Assembly: GCA_964247055.1 (NCBI GenBank)
Contig: OZ176054.1
Location: forward strand, 8,742,001 to 8,806,000
DNA length: 64,000 nt
Reading direction: 5' to 3'
Origin: Paragordius varius
Taxonomy: Eukaryota; Animalia; Nematomorpha
The notes below the pieces were generated by a model. That model did not search any database and was not told the origin of the DNA. It saw only the letters and a list, made by a program, of their open reading frames with translations. The translations under genes and the position numbers were made by a program. Shown here piece by piece: positions 59,430 to 64,000 of this stretch (position 1 is the stretch's first letter; every line of letters starts with the position of its first letter).

Positions 59430-62400
59430 ATACTAATAATTTGAACAATTCAAAAACAATTTATTGTTATATATCATGAAAAATGATTGTTTATATAGAT
59501 TATTTTCATCGATTCGTGGGACAGAACACGGAAATGAATATAATATTATTGTAATGCATTTAAGTATAAAACAATTTGTTGAAACATGACGCATGAGTTA
59601 TTTGAAATGTTATTTATAAAACAATTCATCGAATCATGATGACGCACGTGTCAAATGTTATTGTGTAATAAAAAAGTGCACAAATATTATAACATATCAT
59701 TTCCCCTCGCTTTAGGAAAATCGATCAGGGGCTTTACGTTCTCTGAGAGGATAACGTCTTTCTTGTCTTTCAGAAGTTGTTTTCGGCTCATTAACTACAT
59801 CCGCTGCATCTGTGATTTTTTCTGGTAAATTACTGTCAAGTGGGACCTCAACCGACTTTTTCAATTATTCTGTTTTCGTTGAATTTTATTACCACATCTG
59901 TCTGGTAGGATAACAATCTAGTTCTATCAATAACTTTCCCTTTCTTCCATCCCATTGATGTTTCATTTTTTATTAAAATCGGTTCACAACTGACAAATTC
60001 CCGCAAAGGAGCATTGGTACTATAATCAGTGAAATCTGATTGTACGGTTTGTAACCACGATAAAGGAGTACAAATCTCTCTTTTTTGTAATGAACAAGGG
60101 GTTACCTTGGTGGCACTATGAATTGCTATTCGATAACTCCATAGAATAGTGTTTATAGTTTCTTGCGGATGCAAGTCAGCACGCTTTGTAGCTTTGTATT
60201 TGGTTTTAAGAGTATAAATTGATCGCTCCACCAAGCCATTCGTACGAGGATGATAAGGACTAGACGTGACATATTTAATATTTAAATGTTTTAATCTGTC
60301 CTCAAATTCGTAAGAAACAAAATATGTTGCATTGTCGCTTACTAATATTTTGGGAAAACCAAATCTAGCAAACAATTTTTCTAAACACTCTAAAATTGCC
60401 TTGCTTGTGACTTGTTTTATTGAATCAACTTCCACCCATCAAAAGCTGTCAATTGTTACTAACCAGTAAAACCCATCAATAGGACCTGCAATATCAATAT
60501 GAATTCTTTCCCATATGGCGGTATTGAAATTCCATTTGTACGTAGGGTTTACCTGGATGTTGGGCTTATACCTTTGAAATTCGTCACATGTTTAAGCAAA
60601 TAATTTTTTGGTCCAAATTCGGCCAATATACAGTGTGACGCGCGAGGGATTTCATGGTATTTATCCCCGGGTGCCCAGTATGAAGAAAATCAAGAATTTC
60701 TGTTTGCAATGAATTGGGAACTACTAGTCTGTCTTCCAAATAAACTAAGCCATATGATGTTTGAAGAAAGTTTCGAGGTGATTGGTAATCTTTAGGATCT
60801 GGATCATCCCAATTGTTGGAATTTAATGCAATTTTTAATTTTGGAATAATAGAATCCTTGTTACATAGGTTAATAACATGCTTTTTATTGATGTTAAAAT
60901 TGCTCATCGATAAAAACCGAATTTTTTTAGCTACTATATCATCATCGTCTACTTCGGAATCTGATTTTATTGCTAATCTAGATAAAGGGTTGGCTAAATT
61001 CTGAACTCCTTTATTAAATTCAATTGTGTAATCATAGCCCGATATTTTATAGATCCATCGTAGTAATTTTATGTTGGTTACCCCGGCTAAATTTCTATTT
61101 TCCCCAACTAATTTAATCAAGGGTTTGTGATCCGTCAAATAAATGATCTTCCATATATGAAAGAATGGAATTTTTGCACAGCGAATAAAATCGCTTTTGC
61201 TTCCCTTTCAATGGTAGAATAATGTTTTTCAAAATTTAAACATTTTATTGATGCGTAACAAATGGGTCGTTTGCCTTCATCTGTTACGTGGAATAGAATA
61301 GCTCCTAAACCTTCCATCGAAGCATCAGTTTCTATTAATAATGTCCCGGATTATATGGAATCAATTCTACAAAGTTAGATATTAGTTGTTTCGATAGCGA
61401 AAATTGTTTATCATGTATGTCCTCCCATTTCCAGGGCTTTTTGTTTCCAGTCAATGTGTGTAAAGCACTAATGACTGGATGTAATCTGGGTATGAATTTC
61501 TCATGAAAGCTTAGTAATCCCAAATAAAAACGTAATGTTGTTTTATCCTTAGGAACCGGGCAGTCTAAAATTGATTTGATTTTCTTATTTGTGGGTCTAA
61601 TACCCTTTCGAGATATTTCGTAGCCCATGTAGAATACTTTTTCCTTAAAAATTTTTATTTTATCTAGTTGCAAGCGGAATCCGGCATGTTCAAGTTTTTT
61701 TCAAAACAAGCTCAAGATTTGCTTTGTGTTGCATATCTGTATCGCCCGTTATTAAAACGTCATCTAGGTATGCACATCCTGGGCAATCATCCAGAATTTG
61801 ATCCATAATACGTTAATATCATCGGAGTATTTGTAAGCCCAAACGGTAGTCGTCTATAAGTAAAGTAGGCTCTGTGTGTAGTAATCGTTAGAATATCAGA
61901 GCTTTCCTTAGCAACAGGTAGCTGTAAGTAAGCATCCCTGAGATCTAAAACTGAGAATGAATGTCCATTTCCAATTTTACTCAATAGTTGATCAAATGTC
62001 GGAATTATATGGGAATCTTTGGATAAATATGGATTTATCGTTACACGATAATCAGCGCAAATGCGAACTTCCCCATTGGATTTCAAAACGTTGACAGTTG
62101 GTTGACCAACAAATTGGAGTTGTTGTTGGATCAACTGGTTCTATAATTGCTAAATCTAACAATCCGTCTAATTCGTTTTCTACCAATGGTTGTAATGAAA
62201 GAGGAACTCTTCGGCAAGGAAAACATTTTGGTTTTGCATCCGGAATCAGAAAGATTTTAATTGGATTTCCGTTGAAACAACCAAGTTCATTTGAAAGTTT
62301 TGGAAATCTGTTAATCAGATCCATATTATCATAATCAAAATTAATATTATAATTAACCTTTTGGAAATGGCAAATTGTAAGCTTTTATCCATGGTAATCC

Positions 62401-63545
62401 AAAAATCGGATCGAAATATCCTTTTGTAACGACACATGGTAAAGTTATTTGTTTGTGAAACGTCACATTAACCATCTCCCCATAATGGGAATCTTATTAT
62501 TGTCATATGTGGTAATTTGATCGGACCACGTTAATTTGGGACAACCAATCTGCCTCCATATTTGTTGATTTATGAACAGTCAGAAGTGTCGAAAAACCAT
62601 AATTCTAGGGGTAGTGCCCGCTTTTATAGATCTAATTTGATCTAAATTTCTTACCAACTTTGTTTTGCACATTGAACTAAAGTGGTTAAAGTTGTTATAT
62701 TTGTAACAATTTTCCAAGCAGGGCATTTGTTCTTTAGAGACAATTCACAATTGGGACAATTAATTTTGTCATTATTATTGTACTTTTCCTTTTTATTATT
62801 ATGATCTTTGCTGACCTTTACTTTATTCACAGTGGCTGATAAATTCTCAGCTTCCTCAAAACTGAGGGTAGGTCAACTAACATTTGTAAAGTTAATGGTG
62901 TTTCACCCATTTTGCCTAAGGGATATAACGTGTAGCTCTCTTTCCAATCTTGGTTAGTTGAATGAGGCCTACAATAAACATAACTCTTATCTTGTTGGAA
63001 ATATCAGAATCAAAACCTGCATTATCAGCTAGGATTTTTAATCTTTCCAAATACGACAAAAACGGTTCATTTTCCCCTCGACGAATACGATAAAATTCGG
63101 ACCGGTTAATCCATAAGCTTTTATCCGGCGCATATATCTGGACCGCTATTTTAAAGATCTCTGGCCATTCTAGAGCATCTATGTTGTCCGGATATAATAT
63201 GTTTTCAATTTTGTTCAAAATTTTTATTCCACCAAATGCAAGGAACAATTTTTTCACGGCATCATTAGTGATCGGTATGTCTCTGGCTAGTGAAAGCAGG
63301 ATTGGCACCCACACATAATTGGTATGTCTCATCAACAAAAAGAAACGTTCGATGTGCTTGACGTAATTTTTGAAATTCAATGATTCATCAAAAGGCTCCA
63401 GAACTATCCGATTTATGGGGTTTTGTGCATTATTAAATGTGAATTTGGAATCTTCCATGTAAGGAATAATTTTCCTCGTCGCCAATAATATTTTGAACAA
63501 TACAAAAACAATTTATTGTTATACAGTAGCGTATGCAGTAAAAGA
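59430..63545 (-). mobile_element. Ty3/Gypsy LTR retrotransposon (Mag/K02A2.6-like), degenerate
   Basis: Order on the - strand: PBS-like TGGCGACGAGG (63484-63474); gag from ATG 63458 with a decayed Cys knuckle near 62680-62760; protease remnant; RT (ICADYR, LDLRDAY, YLDD, FYMGY); RNase H (EREAKAI, TDHKPL); integrase (HTGHPG, HIDIAGP, VSDNA, HPRTNGLVER); PPT aaagcgaggggaaa followed by TG at 59699. Many stops and frameshifts. Confidence 0.92.
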
Positions 63546-64000
63546 TTGTTAGTGCAAAATAATCTTAATGACACAAAACTGGGGGATATTATGGATATGT
63601 TTATAAATAAGACTGAATGATAATCAATATATGAAAATTGAGGACATTTGGTCGGCACATTTGGTATTGAAAAGCTAATACATAAAATTTTTGTGAGAAA
63701 TATTTATGATGTTTTTTATTGAAAATTTATTGAATGTTTATGCATACTCAGAGGAAAATGAAGCCACAATACCAAATATTCAACAAACTTTCTAGAAATG
63801 TATTACAGGATATATCCAATTTAGATAACGTTACTATAAGAGATAATATTATTTAACATGTTGCATTAAAATTATTGTTCATATATATTTATTTCACAAT
63901 AGTATTAATAAATAGATATTTATTATTATAATATATGGTTTTTATTGTTGCACATTTAAGAAAACATCATTGTTAAAAATATCATTGTGTAAAATCTTTC

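Overview
This is very AT-rich eukaryotic (animal) genomic DNA: compact gene islands in a sea of decayed transposons. The species cannot be determined from sequence alone. The divergent proteins and micro-introns would fit a fast-evolving invertebrate parasite such as a myxozoan or mesozoan (inference only). Seven genes were reconstructed by hand, most missed or fragmented by the ORF track: the 3' part of UBR4 (+, ends 11022); RPS29 (-); BORCS6 (+); MTRES1-like (-); a GPI-anchored Ly6/uPAR three-finger protein (-) whose last intron is ~13.1 kb of transposons; a single-IGFBP-domain protein (+); and a 15-exon M13 neprilysin-like peptidase (-). The headline observation is a class of GT-AG micro-introns of 21-23 nt (five strongly supported, plus one 20-nt candidate) alongside ordinary and multi-kb introns, with a branch-like A at intron position 15-16. 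Two convergent gene pairs have stop codons only 1 bp and 70 bp apart. Mobile DNA includes Buster-type hAT elements with verified 8-bp TSDs, a split Harbinger transposase, Helitrons, a self-nesting TTAA MITE family with piggyBac-like asymmetric ends, foldback elements with 21-bp repeats, RTE-like LINEs (one pair forming a ~4.4-kb palindrome) and a degenerate Ty3/Gypsy element. All coordinates were read by eye; no alignments or database searches were run.
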